64,000 nucleotides of DNA, taken from NCBI GenBank assembly GCA_964526835.1, contig CAZGMK010000018.1, positions 278-64,277 on the forward strand, given 5' to 3'. A program made the position numbers and the translations under genes. The notes below the pieces were generated by a model. The model had not been told where the DNA came from. It did no database searches and was given only the letters and a program-made list of their open reading frames with translations. The stretch comes from an uncultured Ignavibacteriales bacterium. GTDB lineage: Bacteria > Zixibacteria > MSB-5A5 > GN15 > FEB-12. Position 1 is the first letter of the stretch. Each line of letters begins with the position of its first letter. Below are positions 10,068 to 20,864 of this stretch, piece by piece.

Positions 10068-11204
10068 ATGGTGAGCGAGCGAACGGCGGTTGTAGCAAGG
10101 AAGTCAGGGCCACAGTTCGGTCCTTCGAACAATGTGGCGCTCAAGCTACTGGCCCTTGCGGGCCTGCTTTATCTGTTTATTCTGTCGATCACGCTATTGG
10201 GTGAGTCCTTCAAGCTCTTCGGCTCGGGCTTCGCCGAGGCCGTCTTCCGGGCTACCTCGAATCCGATCGTGGGGCTGATGATCGGGCTATTGAGCACCTC
10301 GATCATTCAATCGTCATCGACGACGACCTCCATTATCGTGGGTCTGGCGGCTTCCGGCGTCATCGGTATTCCCGAAGCGGTGCCGATGATGATGGGGGCC
10401 AATATCGGGACCTCGATCACCAATACGATTGTCTCGCTCGGGCATGTCTCGCGAGCTGATGAATTCAAACGAGCCTTCGCCGGTTCCGTCCTGTACGATT
10501 TCTTCAATTTGTGCTCGGCGATTGTATTGCTGCCGTTGGAGATGGCTTTTGGGGTCATTTCTCGGACCGCGATCGCTTTCGAGGAGATGCTCCGGGGATG
10601 GGGTGGTCTAAAATTCACGTCGCCCATCAAGGCGGTCACCAAGCCGGCAGCCAAGCTGGTCCTGGATGCCACGGGCGAGGTCGGCTGGATAGGCGCCCTG
10701 ATTGCGCTGGTGCTGTTGTCTGTCGCCCTGCGCTACATCGTGAAAACCCTCCGCTCGCTGGTGTTGACGCGAGTCGAGAGGTTCTTCGAGCGATACATCT
10801 TCCGGACTCCCGCGCTGGGATTGCTGCTGGGGCTGTTTACGACCGTTATCGTCCAATCCTCCTCGGTGACGACTTCTCTGAGTATTCCCCTGCTGGGTGC
10901 GGGAGTGCTGACGCTCAACCAGATCTACCCCTATCTGCTAGGAGCAAACATAGGCACAACCGTGACTGCTTTCCTGGCGTCGTTTGCCGTCACCGGCTCA
11001 ACGACCGCGGCGGTCAGCGTCGCTTTCGCGCATCTGATGTTTAACGTTTACGGCATGCTCATCTTCTGGCCCCTGCAGCGCATTCCCATCTTCCTTGCCC
11101 GCACCCTGGCTGACCTGACGGCGAAGTCCCGCCTGGCCCCGGTCGCATACATAATTGTTGTGTTTTTCGTGATTCCCGGACTAATAGTATGCCTGACAGG
11201 ATAG
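10068..11204 (+). CDS. Na+/phosphate cotransporter family membrane protein
   Basis: Shows the duplicated Na/Pi-cotransporter motif: IIQSSSTTTSIIVGL..MMGANIGTSITN, then VIVQSSSVTTSLSIPL..LLGANIGTTVTA. There is no fused PhoU domain. Confidence 0.85.
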   Translation: MVSERTAVVARKSGPQFGPSNNVALKLLALAGLLYLFILSITLLGESFKLFGSGFAEAVFRATSNPIVGLMIGLLSTSIIQSSSTTTSIIVGLAASGVIGIPEAVPMMMGANIGTSITNTIVSLGHVSRADEFKRAFAGSVLYDFFNLCSAIVLLPLEMAFGVISRTAIAFEEMLRGWGGLKFTSPIKAVTKPAAKLVLDATGEVGWIGALIALVLLSVALRYIVKTLRSLVLTRVERFFERYIFRTPALGLLLGLFTTVIVQSSSVTTSLSIPLLGAGVLTLNQIYPYLLGANIGTTVTAFLASFAVTGSTTAAVSVAFAHLMFNVYGMLIFWPLQRIPIFLARTLADLTAKSRLAPVAYIIVVFFVIPGLIVCLTG

Positions 11205-11210
11205 CAAACC

Positions 11211-11888
11211 ATGTTTGAGAAGTTCAAGCAGTTGTTCAGCGGCGAGAGCCTCCTTGATGAAGCCTACGCCACCACGGTCGAGATGATCGAATACGACCAT
11301 AAGATGTACTGCGCCGCAAGAGAGGTCCTGCGAGAGTCGAATACCGACAAATTGCCGTTCGACATCCGCGGGATGGATCGCAAGATCAACAAGTATGAGC
11401 GCCAGGTACGGCGTCGAGTGCTGACCCACCTCACTATTGCCGGCACCACCAATCTGGTGCCGGGGCTGGCCCTAGTCTCGGTGGTGATCGATGTTGAGCG
11501 CATTGGGGACTACACTAAGAACATCGTCGATCTGGCGACCAAACACAAAAAGCCGCTTACGGCCGGCGTTCTCGAGTCAGCCCTGGCTGAAGTCGAGAAA
11601 GTCAATGAGGATATCTTTCCGAGGGTCATCGAGGTGATGAAACACCAGGACGTCGAACTGGCACGGTCGGTGATGAACCTGGAGAGGGATACTGCAGCCA
11701 AATCGGAGGAGATAGTCGCCCGGACACTGACCGAGAACATCCCTGGTCTGACCTGTCCAAACACGGTGTGCGTGGCGATGTATGCTCGCTTTCTGAAGAG
11801 GGTCAATGCGCATCTAACCAACATTGCGAGTTCGGTGGTCAATCCGTTTCCGAGGATCTCCTTCCGCGAGAAGAGACTGCGGGAATAG
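11211..11888 (+). CDS. PhoU-domain protein
   Basis: Carries a PhoU-type signature (VVIDVERIGDYTKNIVDLA) in a helical ~225-aa protein. It begins 6 nt after the transporter gene. Confidence 0.75.
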   Translation: MFEKFKQLFSGESLLDEAYATTVEMIEYDHKMYCAAREVLRESNTDKLPFDIRGMDRKINKYERQVRRRVLTHLTIAGTTNLVPGLALVSVVIDVERIGDYTKNIVDLATKHKKPLTAGVLESALAEVEKVNEDIFPRVIEVMKHQDVELARSVMNLERDTAAKSEEIVARTLTENIPGLTCPNTVCVAMYARFLKRVNAHLTNIASSVVNPFPRISFREKRLRE

Positions 11889-12135
11889 GGGCTTGTCCCG
11901 GCTCCTTTGGGCTAGTCGAATGAGTCCCTGGCCAGTGACTGACCAGCTCCTCGACTTCTGGCCGGGCGACGCAAGGACGCCCTCTTGCGGCAAGACAGCC
12001 TTTCTTACGTGGTCGCGGAGCTTGTCTCCACGGCGCTAATGGGCCAACCAAGGTCTATCAGGGAGCCCCGTCTCGGGATGATCAATTCCGTCGGCTGTCT
12101 ATGTCGTCCGGACAGAGTCGAGCGGTTACCGACAG

Positions 12136-12780
12136 TCAACAGACATGAGCCGTCACGAAGTAATCGCGGGCGATACGCTCGATATTGGCGGTGCGGCATT
12201 CTGACTCATCAAACAGCTTCACCAGTTCTTCGCGGTCATACATATACAGATCACACTTGCGCCTGTATCGTAGCCGCCGCTGCCACGCCAGCACTCCGCG
12301 GCTTCGAGGGAAGCTGAAGAAAGCCCTTCGCCGCGAGAGCGAGAGAGCCCTGGCAATGACTCTGGCCGGGTCGGGTACATAGTCCATGAAACCCATGGCT
12401 ATAGAATAGTCGAACTGACGTTCGAAGTGGTGGGTATCGAAATCGGCATGGATGAACTCACATTGCCCCTCGACTCCGAAATCGCGGGCTTTCTTGTGAG
12501 CCAGCTCGAGCATACCCTCGGCGAAATCGATTCCGACTACACGTGTCGCCCCGAGACGGGCCAGATAGACGGCGTAATGCCCGCCGCCACATCCGATGTC
12601 GAGGATGCTCGAGCCTTCGATCGGCTGGCAGCCCTCCACGGTCTTCTCGAAGCGCAGACGCATGCTTTTGCGCAAAAGCCGATTGGCAAGGCGATTCAGC
12701 GGCGTATTGCGATTGCCGTAGATCGCATCGAAGCCCGAGGCGTAGGCATCGAAGAACTCGGCCACGGTCTGTTTAGGCAT
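12136..12780 (-). CDS. class I SAM-dependent methyltransferase
   Basis: SAM-binding motif ILDIGCGGGHYAVYLARLGA..VVGIDFAE. Last gene of a three-gene minus-strand operon. Confidence 0.85.
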   Translation of the reverse strand: MPKQTVAEFFDAYASGFDAIYGNRNTPLNRLANRLLRKSMRLRFEKTVEGCQPIEGSSILDIGCGGGHYAVYLARLGATRVVGIDFAEGMLELAHKKARDFGVEGQCEFIHADFDTHHFERQFDYSIAMGFMDYVPDPARVIARALSLSRRRAFFSFPRSRGVLAWQRRLRYRRKCDLYMYDREELVKLFDESECRTANIERIARDYFVTAHVC

Positions 12781-12784
12781 CAGC

Positions 12785-13627
12785 TCATCTCCGAAGCTTG
12801 TTCATCTCATACAAGTAATCGCGAAAGGTGGTAAATTCAAAGTCCGAAAGCAGGTTTCTTACCTTTCTCTCGGTCGTTGTGAGATTCACGTACGATTTGA
12901 ACCGTCGCCATGCTCCCATCGACAATCGCGGGTGCTCCGGATCGATTTCGCGCGGATGGACATAGAAGATGACCGGGCGGTTGTGCTGCAAGACATTGAC
13001 CGCCTTCCGCCGGACAAGGCGGTACGGAAACAACCGCAGGTAGCCTCCGCCGAAAAAGCACATCGGCCTGCCCAGCAACGGTGCAACGCTAATCGGGAAC
13101 TCAATCAGGCTGCCGCCGGGTGTGGTGATACTGTGTGGGGCCAATTCGCCAGACCTCATTCCGCCATGACCCCGCGCAGCGGGAAAGACAGAGGAGTCAT
13201 ACCCATACCCGGCCTCGCTGACCGCTTCGAAGAACCACGGCGTTCGTTCGGTTGTGGAAAAGCCGGTTGCCCGGTAACCTGTTATGTCAGCTCCGGCAAT
13301 ACCCTCCAGAGTCTTTTTGGCTCGAACAGCATCTTCGTAGAATTCGGCCCGATTCATCCGGTACACCAGACGATGAGCGTAGCCGTGCGACGCGATTTCA
13401 TGGCCACGAGCGACCGCTTCGCGGACGAGGTTGGGGAAACGCTCAGCTACCCACCCGAGAAAGAAGCAGGTTGCGACAACGTCACAGTCTGCCAAGATGT
13501 CTAATAGCCTTACAAAGTTGGTTTCTACCCTGGAAGGCAGAGAGTCCCATTGATCCATGTCGGGCGTCGACGGCAGATCGAGAATATGAAACCAGTCCTC
13601 GACGTCGATAGTGAAGATGCACTTCAT
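12785..13627 (-). CDS. polysaccharide deacetylase family protein (DUF3473-containing type)
   Basis: Track ORF 12785..13867 trimmed to the Met at 13627 (MKCIFTIDVEDWFHILDL...). The upstream extension would overlap the radical SAM gene. It has FTIDVEDWF, HGYAH and a C-terminal GGGYLRLFPY segment typical of this subfamily. Confidence 0.85.
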   Translation of the reverse strand: MKCIFTIDVEDWFHILDLPSTPDMDQWDSLPSRVETNFVRLLDILADCDVVATCFFLGWVAERFPNLVREAVARGHEIASHGYAHRLVYRMNRAEFYEDAVRAKKTLEGIAGADITGYRATGFSTTERTPWFFEAVSEAGYGYDSSVFPAARGHGGMRSGELAPHSITTPGGSLIEFPISVAPLLGRPMCFFGGGYLRLFPYRLVRRKAVNVLQHNRPVIFYVHPREIDPEHPRLSMGAWRRFKSYVNLTTTERKVRNLLSDFEFTTFRDYLYEMNKLRR

Positions 13628-13634
13628 GCCGGTC

Positions 13635-14831
13635 TCACCTGAGCTGGTTCCACCAGTGAGTTCTGAGCATCCGCCGCCGCCGGCTTCGTATGACATTGCC
13701 CGGCACCTTGTTTCCCATCCGCGAGGCCGGTGTTCCGGGGCGGTCGGTATAGCCGTGAACCCGGAGGAAATCTGCTCGCAGTTCTCGAGCCAGCTCGAGC
13801 GAGAGACAGAAGTCATCCTCGGTCTCCGACGGGAATCCGACCATGAATTCGGTCCTGAAGAGCACATGGGGGCAGCGGGCGCGTATGGCTAACATGCTCC
13901 CGAGGAAATCCGGGACGGTGTACGCGCGACGCATCAAACCGAGAATCCGATCGCTCCCGCTCTGCACCGACGAGCAAAAGACCGGAATCCGGCCACTGGA
14001 CAGGGCATTAATTAGCTCGTCCAGGTTATTCACTACGAATGACGGCTCGAAGGACTCGAGATATAGCTCCTTAATACGACGGTCTTCAAGTATCGCCGAA
14101 ATGACATCGAGTATGGTTGCACCATTTGTAGAACCGTCACCCCAGGCCGTGATTTCATCGCCCACCAGAACCAGCTGTTGGAATCCGTTGTCTGCGGCTC
14201 TTCGAGCGTCGGCAACGATGTCATCGAAAAAGCGGCTGTTGCAGGATCCCTTTGCAAATCGGATAGCACAGTATGAACATTTGCCATGGCATCCCATACC
14301 GACCCGGATACAGCAAACCCCATTTGAGTATATGAACAACGGAGTCATGAGTCGGCGCATCCAAGAGCTTCGATTCATGAAGCGCGCACGATCAACCACT
14401 GTCTTGGCCTGCCAGATGGACCGTTTGAGCAGAGAGCACTGGCTGTATGATATGGCAGAGGCATTCGATTCTTCCGGCAGCCCATCGCTGTTCAGGAAAT
14501 CCAACAGAGGACTCGGGTCTTTTGGCCGGAACTCGAGATCATGCGGCAAAGCAGCGAGGCGTTGGCGGTTTATCGCCGGCAAGCATCCGCCGACAACGAT
14601 CTTCGCATGCGGCTTCGTCTTGTTCCGAATTTCCTTTATCAGCCCGACTGCCTCTTCCTCTTTGCCGCTACTGAAGGCACAGGTGTTGAGTATCAGCAGG
14701 TCCGCCTCAGACAGGTCGCGGGTCAGCGAATACCCACTGCGTTGGAGAAGTTGCTCGAATCCGGTGCCATCGAGCAAATTCGATATACAACCCGTGGAGA
14801 TTACTCTGGCTTTGCGCTTCGATCTGCCCAT
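13635..14831 (-). CDS. MiaB/RimO-like radical SAM methylthiotransferase-family protein lacking a TRAM domain
   Basis: The N-terminal UPF0004-type Cys triad is present (STGC.., LNTCAF, VGGCLP), as is the radical SAM CxxxCxxC (CHGKCSYC). The protein ends at 398 aa with no recognisable TRAM domain. Confidence 0.8.
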   Translation of the reverse strand: MGRSKRKARVISTGCISNLLDGTGFEQLLQRSGYSLTRDLSEADLLILNTCAFSSGKEEEAVGLIKEIRNKTKPHAKIVVGGCLPAINRQRLAALPHDLEFRPKDPSPLLDFLNSDGLPEESNASAISYSQCSLLKRSIWQAKTVVDRARFMNRSSWMRRLMTPLFIYSNGVCCIRVGMGCHGKCSYCAIRFAKGSCNSRFFDDIVADARRAADNGFQQLVLVGDEITAWGDGSTNGATILDVISAILEDRRIKELYLESFEPSFVVNNLDELINALSSGRIPVFCSSVQSGSDRILGLMRRAYTVPDFLGSMLAIRARCPHVLFRTEFMVGFPSETEDDFCLSLELARELRADFLRVHGYTDRPGTPASRMGNKVPGNVIRSRRRRMLRTHWWNQLR

Positions 14832-14925
14832 CAGACAGCCTCGCCCTTATTGACTGACGCAGAGATCCTCGGAGAGGCTCCGGTTCATCCCATAGCCTCC
14901 GGTTGCTCACTTCGGCTGACCATGC

Positions 14926-14954
14926 AATATACCCCGCTCGCCTCCATAATGCAA
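14926..14954 (-). promoter_or_regulatory. sigma70-type promoter for the radical SAM-deacetylase-methyltransferase operon
   Basis: On the minus strand, TTGCAT (14954-14949), a 17-nt spacer and TATATT (14931-14926), ~95 nt upstream of the ATG at 14831. Confidence 0.45.
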
Positions 14955-14962
14955 CTGCTCCG

Positions 14963-16192
14963 CTACCTCGTCCCGCGCCTCAGGCCCAGACCCGTGCGCA
15001 GTGCCGGGATCAAGTGCTTGCGATTAGCAATGTGGTACACCACAGCCAGGGCAACATAAACCGCCGCCACCTCCATTCGTATTTGCTCGACGATCAACTG
15101 CGACAAGAATAGGGCAGCCAGGAGAATACTCTCAGAGCGGTTAAGTCGCAGGTTGACCAGCACTGCCACGCCGAACAGCGACTGCGCCGCGGTCAACAGC
15201 AGTTCGTGCTGTTGTAGAGTATCGAGCGGGAAAGGACGTATGGACCCGGAGGAAATCGAGAACACCAGGGGGATGGTACCGACCAGAAGCGTCCACTGGT
15301 TGACCTTGGAGGAAATCAGGGCCTTCAGGGCGGATCCGGCCATGCCGCGCGACGCCCAGGTGGCGGCGACAATGAACTCCGGGGCCTCGGAGGCAAGCGG
15401 CGCCAGCCATTGCACCAGCAGGAACTCATTGATGCCGAATTGCGCTCCCATGGCCACCAGGCTCACAGCGAACGGCTCGGCCACGAAGAAGATCACGGCT
15501 CCGGCCCAGACGAACATCAGCGTTGTCAGCGACCTACGTCCAGCTTTGCTCATATTGGCCAAGATCTTCACCGGCCCGACAGCCTCGGGCTCGACACTCT
15601 CCAACTGCGCCGCTCGACGTGCATACAGTCCGAACAAAGTCACCAGAATCAGGGTGTCGATCAGGGTCAGGCTTCCCTTGAGCGGAATGGTGAACGAGTA
15701 GACCGTCGCCATGGCCAGGTAGAAGATCTCGACCTGCTGGGTCGAGTCCATAATGATCTGCTTGCGACGCCTGGCGACGAAGTAGATCAGTAATACCGCC
15801 GGCCAGCCGAGCCCTACCAGGAGGCGGTTGGCGCCAGTCATGTTGGCGATAGCGTAGTGCGCCTGCGAGGGATCGTGGGCAGCCTTCCATGTGAAGACGA
15901 AATCGACGGCGTATTCCGGCAGAACCGCCAGCAGCGCCAGGATGGCTACCGCCAGAGACTCCGAAATGTCCATCTGAGCCGCCTCAGCCGCCCAGGAGAG
16001 AGTAAAGGCCGCGGCGAATATGGCTATCCCGAACACCAGCGATCCGGCCAGCGGAGCTATATGCGAATGGGTCGCACCCAGGTAGAAACCCGGGATGGAG
16101 GCGAGAATCGTGATGATCAGGGCCGTCCAAATGCCCGTAGTGATCCGGTGCCTTCCGGCGTTGGATTGTCCGGATGTGGGTTCTTCAGTCAC
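14963..16192 (-). CDS. Ca2+/cation antiporter (CaCA, Na/Ca-exchanger-type) family membrane protein
   Basis: 409-aa polytopic protein with two alpha-repeat-like motifs (LAVLPEYAVD and LASEAPEFIVA) resembling the GxSxPE repeats of CaCA proteins. Confidence 0.6.
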   Translation of the reverse strand: MTEEPTSGQSNAGRHRITTGIWTALIITILASIPGFYLGATHSHIAPLAGSLVFGIAIFAAAFTLSWAAEAAQMDISESLAVAILALLAVLPEYAVDFVFTWKAAHDPSQAHYAIANMTGANRLLVGLGWPAVLLIYFVARRRKQIIMDSTQQVEIFYLAMATVYSFTIPLKGSLTLIDTLILVTLFGLYARRAAQLESVEPEAVGPVKILANMSKAGRRSLTTLMFVWAGAVIFFVAEPFAVSLVAMGAQFGINEFLLVQWLAPLASEAPEFIVAATWASRGMAGSALKALISSKVNQWTLLVGTIPLVFSISSGSIRPFPLDTLQQHELLLTAAQSLFGVAVLVNLRLNRSESILLAALFLSQLIVEQIRMEVAAVYVALAVVYHIANRKHLIPALRTGLGLRRGTR

Positions 16193-16210
16193 GATGACAA
16201 CACCACCCCG

Positions 16211-17131
16211 TCATCCGCGGATTATCATGTTAACGATATCCTTGCGGAGGAGAATGCCGACCAGACAGTCGTTAGCGGTCACGAATACTCTTCTGACATC
16301 CTTGAAAATCATCATCGCCGCCACTTCCACTATGCGAGTGTCTGGAGTCGTGACTTCGTATTCGCTTCGGAAGAGCTGGCTGACTTTGATTTTATCTTCC
16401 TGCTTCAGCAGTTCTTCGAAGGGCTCGACATCGAGGGAGTAGTTCAGATTCTCGATCAGGGACCGGTAGTCCGGCAGAGCCGCCATGATAAGGTCGCGAT
16501 CGTCTATTACACCCAGCAGGCGGTTGCTGTCGTCGACCACGGCCAGCGCCGAAAGGCGATATCGGAACATGAGATTCGCGGCCTCTTTCAGGCTATTGTC
16601 AGGAGTGACAGTGGCGACTTTGTGGCGCATGATGTCCTTGACCATCAGCTCCTTTTCGACGCTGACGCCTGCCTCTGAAATCAGCTTGATGATATCCGCC
16701 GGCCGTTCGACGGCCAACACCCGTTCCAGTGTGCCCGGCATGCGTCCCCAGTGCGCCAGTCCGGACAGCGTCTGCAAGTAGAGTTTGGCGATAGTCGACG
16801 GGGTGAGCAGCAGGCATACTACGTGAACCGGAATGCCATCGGGGGTCCGCCCGGCCAGTCCTTCCTTGGACACCCCGATGAGAATATACATCTCCTTGAC
16901 CGCATCGGTGCGGGCATGGGGAAAAGCGAAACCATGACCGTAAGACGTATTGTCGACTTCTTCCCGTTCACGAATAGAGTCAAGGACTGCGCTGTAGTTT
17001 ATGGTCACGCCTTCGGCCTGGACCAGGTCCAGCAGTTCGGTGACTGCCTCCAGCTTGGTGTTCGCCTTCAGATCGATATTGATGCGGCGTTCCATTATGA
17101 GGTTGGCCAGTTTCACGGGCAATCCTTCCAT
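16211..17131 (-). CDS. PTS EIIA(Ntr)-type domain fused to a CBS-domain pair
   Basis: The N-terminal ~150 aa resembles PTS_EIIA_2 and keeps the conserved His (GHGFAFPHARTD). The C-terminal half has two CBS repeats (VKDIMRHKVATVTPDNSLKEAANLM..LAVVDDSNRLLGVIDDRDL and ..VFVTANDCLVGILLRKDIV). Confidence 0.8.
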   Translation of the reverse strand: MEGLPVKLANLIMERRINIDLKANTKLEAVTELLDLVQAEGVTINYSAVLDSIREREEVDNTSYGHGFAFPHARTDAVKEMYILIGVSKEGLAGRTPDGIPVHVVCLLLTPSTIAKLYLQTLSGLAHWGRMPGTLERVLAVERPADIIKLISEAGVSVEKELMVKDIMRHKVATVTPDNSLKEAANLMFRYRLSALAVVDDSNRLLGVIDDRDLIMAALPDYRSLIENLNYSLDVEPFEELLKQEDKIKVSQLFRSEYEVTTPDTRIVEVAAMMIFKDVRRVFVTANDCLVGILLRKDIVNMIIRG

Positions 17132-17766
17132 CAGGCGGTCGCCACCGACCGGTTTCTAATCAGAGGGGGACAGGCCACACCGCCGGAGACGAGGAACTTC
17201 ACGCCGTCCTCGACGCTCATATCCAGCTGGACCGCCTCGTCTTCGGGAACCAGGATAACCATACCGGAGATCGGAGTGGGTGTCGAGGGTACGAAAACCG
17301 CGGCGAAACGCCGACGCTCGCCCTGGATTTCCAGCTCCAGATGCTTGGTCAGAAACGCCAGTACCCAGGCACCCCGTCGAGGGTACTCCACAGCCACGAC
17401 CGCCCTGAAGGAACGGGTCGAGGGGTGTGCCATGGCCTCAAGCAACTGTTTGGCGGCGGTGTAGACCGGACGGATTATCGGTGTTCGGCTGAGCGCCTTC
17501 TCCCCGGCCGCATGCAAACGCGATCCGACAATATTGCGGGTGAAGATGCCGGCCAGGATGATCAACAGGAAAGTAGTCAGCACTCCAAGGCCGCTAATCC
17601 AATAGCCAAGCACCTGGAACAGGATAGGCTCAAGGATTCCATCGACGGCCCTGAACAGGAATCGCAGCACCAGCCAGGTCAGAATGACCGGCACCACGAC
17701 AAGAACGCCGGAGACGAAGTACCTCTTGACAGCTTTGCTGAACCTCTGCAGCAGCGGCATCGACAC
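17131..17766 (-). CDS. DUF502 family membrane protein
   Basis: N-terminus ..YFVSGVLVVVPVILTWLVLRFLF.. and a size typical of DUF502. The start is GTG at 17766 or ATG at 17760. Confidence 0.7.
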   Translation of the reverse strand: MSMPLLQRFSKAVKRYFVSGVLVVVPVILTWLVLRFLFRAVDGILEPILFQVLGYWISGLGVLTTFLLIILAGIFTRNIVGSRLHAAGEKALSRTPIIRPVYTAAKQLLEAMAHPSTRSFRAVVAVEYPRRGAWVLAFLTKHLELEIQGERRRFAAVFVPSTPTPISGMVILVPEDEAVQLDMSVEDGVKFLVSGGVACPPLIRNRSVATA

Positions 17767-17795
17767 ACCTTTTCGGACTGAAAGTATCCGGATCG

Positions 17796-17825
17796 ATTAT
17801 ATCAGAGGGAGGGCTGCCTTGTCAA
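17796..17825 (-). promoter_or_regulatory. sigma70-type promoter (TTGACA-18-TATAAT) for the DUF502 / EIIA-CBS / CaCA unit
   Basis: On the minus strand, TTGACA (17825-17820), an 18-nt spacer and TATAAT (17801-17796). It lies directly after the nuoN stop (17839) and ~30 nt upstream of the DUF502 start. Confidence 0.5.
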
Positions 17826-17838
17826 TCGTTTTGCGCTC

Positions 17839-19353
17839 TCAGCGGGGCAGCAAACCATAGACAGACGCGAAGCGATCGGCGAAATCCAGAACCGGCTCGG
17901 CGTACAGACCGAACAGAATGACTCCGACCAGTCCGATGCCGATCACCACCGCGCTCGGAACAGTGAGCTTGATCTTGTGTTCGGAGGGTTCGGGCCAGAA
18001 GTACATCTGCTTGATCACGTTGGCGTAGTAGTACAGCGAGAATACCGAAGTGATCAAACCGATCCCCACTAGCCAGTACAGCCACTGGTTAGCCGGGTCG
18101 GTTCCGGCGGAGTTGATGGCGGCGGCGAAGACCTTGTACTTCGCCATGAACCCGGCCAGCGGCGGGATGCCCGCCAGGGACAACATGAAGACCGAAAGCG
18201 TAATCGAAAGGCCTGGAGCGCTGCTCGAGAGTCCACGATAAGAGGCGATTTCCGTAGAGCCGATGCGGTCCTCCACCGCGGCCACAATGGCGAAGGCGCC
18301 CATGTTGGCGAACAGATAAGCGAAAATATAGAAACCGACCGATGAGAGACCATGCACATTGACCGCCACCATCCCGATCATGATGTAACCGGCCTGAGCA
18401 ATGGACGAGTAACCGAGCATGCGCTTGATGTTGGTTTGACGGATGGCCACGACGTTGCCGTAGATGAGAGCCGCCGCGGCTATGATACCAGTCAGATAGC
18501 CCCAGTCGAGCGGCACCATCGATATACCCCAGAAGCCGGACAGACCGACCAGGAAAATCTTCGCGAAGGCGATCAGCCCGGCGCCTTTGGAACCGACGCT
18601 CAGGAAAGCCGCAACCGGTGTCGGCGCCCCTTCATAAACATCGGGAACCCACTGGTGGAACGGCGGCAGGCCCAGCTTGAAACCGATCCCGGCCAACAGG
18701 GTGACGATGGCGACTATGAATACCAGCCCGACCGTGCCCAGCGATTGATACATCATGAGCAGATTCGCCTGCATCGCCGCCAGTTCGGTCGTGCCCGTGA
18801 GTCCGTAGAGTAACGACAGGCCGTAGAGCATCATCGCCGAGGAGAAGGCCCCGACAATGAAGTACTTGATGCCGGCCTCGATCGAGAACCGATCCTCCTT
18901 GTAGAATGCGGCGAGGATGAACAGCGGGATCGTCGCCAGTTCCAGACCGATCCAGAGCTGCAACAGCTCTTCGGCGGAGGCCAGGAACATCATGCCGCAG
19001 GTCGAGAAGAGAATCAGCCCGAAGTACTCGCCGCGATGGGCCACGATGCGATCCTTGATCAGGCCGAATGATGATCCGATCGCCATGAAGGCGGCGCCCA
19101 GGAAGACGATCTTGAAGAACAGGGCCACCGGATCATTGACGAACATCTTGCCGAACCCAGTCCCGTACCCGGTGACCGCCAGGATGATACCGGCGATGAT
19201 CAGCCCCAGAAGGGCGACATACCCGGTCCCTGATTCCTGCTTGCGACCGGTGGTCAGATCATAGGTGATAACCACAAGCGCCCAGATGAAAAGAAAGATC
19301 TCGGGCGCCATCAGGCGCAGACTGTATTCGGGCAGTGTCAGGTTCAGATCCAT
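17839..19353 (-). CDS. nuoN: NADH-quinone oxidoreductase subunit N
   Basis: 504-aa antiporter-like subunit with HQWVPDVYEGAPTPVAAFLSVGSK. Last gene of the nuo cluster. Confidence 0.95.
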   Translation of the reverse strand: MDLNLTLPEYSLRLMAPEIFLFIWALVVITYDLTTGRKQESGTGYVALLGLIIAGIILAVTGYGTGFGKMFVNDPVALFFKIVFLGAAFMAIGSSFGLIKDRIVAHRGEYFGLILFSTCGMMFLASAEELLQLWIGLELATIPLFILAAFYKEDRFSIEAGIKYFIVGAFSSAMMLYGLSLLYGLTGTTELAAMQANLLMMYQSLGTVGLVFIVAIVTLLAGIGFKLGLPPFHQWVPDVYEGAPTPVAAFLSVGSKGAGLIAFAKIFLVGLSGFWGISMVPLDWGYLTGIIAAAALIYGNVVAIRQTNIKRMLGYSSIAQAGYIMIGMVAVNVHGLSSVGFYIFAYLFANMGAFAIVAAVEDRIGSTEIASYRGLSSSAPGLSITLSVFMLSLAGIPPLAGFMAKYKVFAAAINSAGTDPANQWLYWLVGIGLITSVFSLYYYANVIKQMYFWPEPSEHKIKLTVPSAVVIGIGLVGVILFGLYAEPVLDFADRFASVYGLLPR

Positions 19354-19357
19354 CGCT

Positions 19358-20839
<1,482 letters not shown>

Positions 20840-20864
20840 AGTTATTATCTATCCTCCAGCGACA

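Noticed and set aside
11889-12135. 247-nt convergent gap after the PhoU-like gene as a possible sRNA or terminator locus
   Set aside because: It contains only short imperfect complementary segments, with no convincing hairpin plus U-tract or promoter.
13628-13867. 80-codon N-terminal extension of the deacetylase ORF, with similar extensions of the nuoA, tpx, fabH, C25 and T9SS cargo ORFs
   Set aside because: The extensions overlap upstream genes or regulatory elements and lack family similarity. The internal Met codons coincide with conserved N-termini or signal peptides.
13843-14853. 336-aa plus-strand ORF
   Set aside because: It is antisense to the radical SAM gene, whose CxxxCxxC and auxiliary-cluster Cys motifs identify the real frame.
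15857-16678. 273-aa plus-strand ORF
   Set aside because: It is antisense across the CaCA / EIIA-CBS junction and has no motif.
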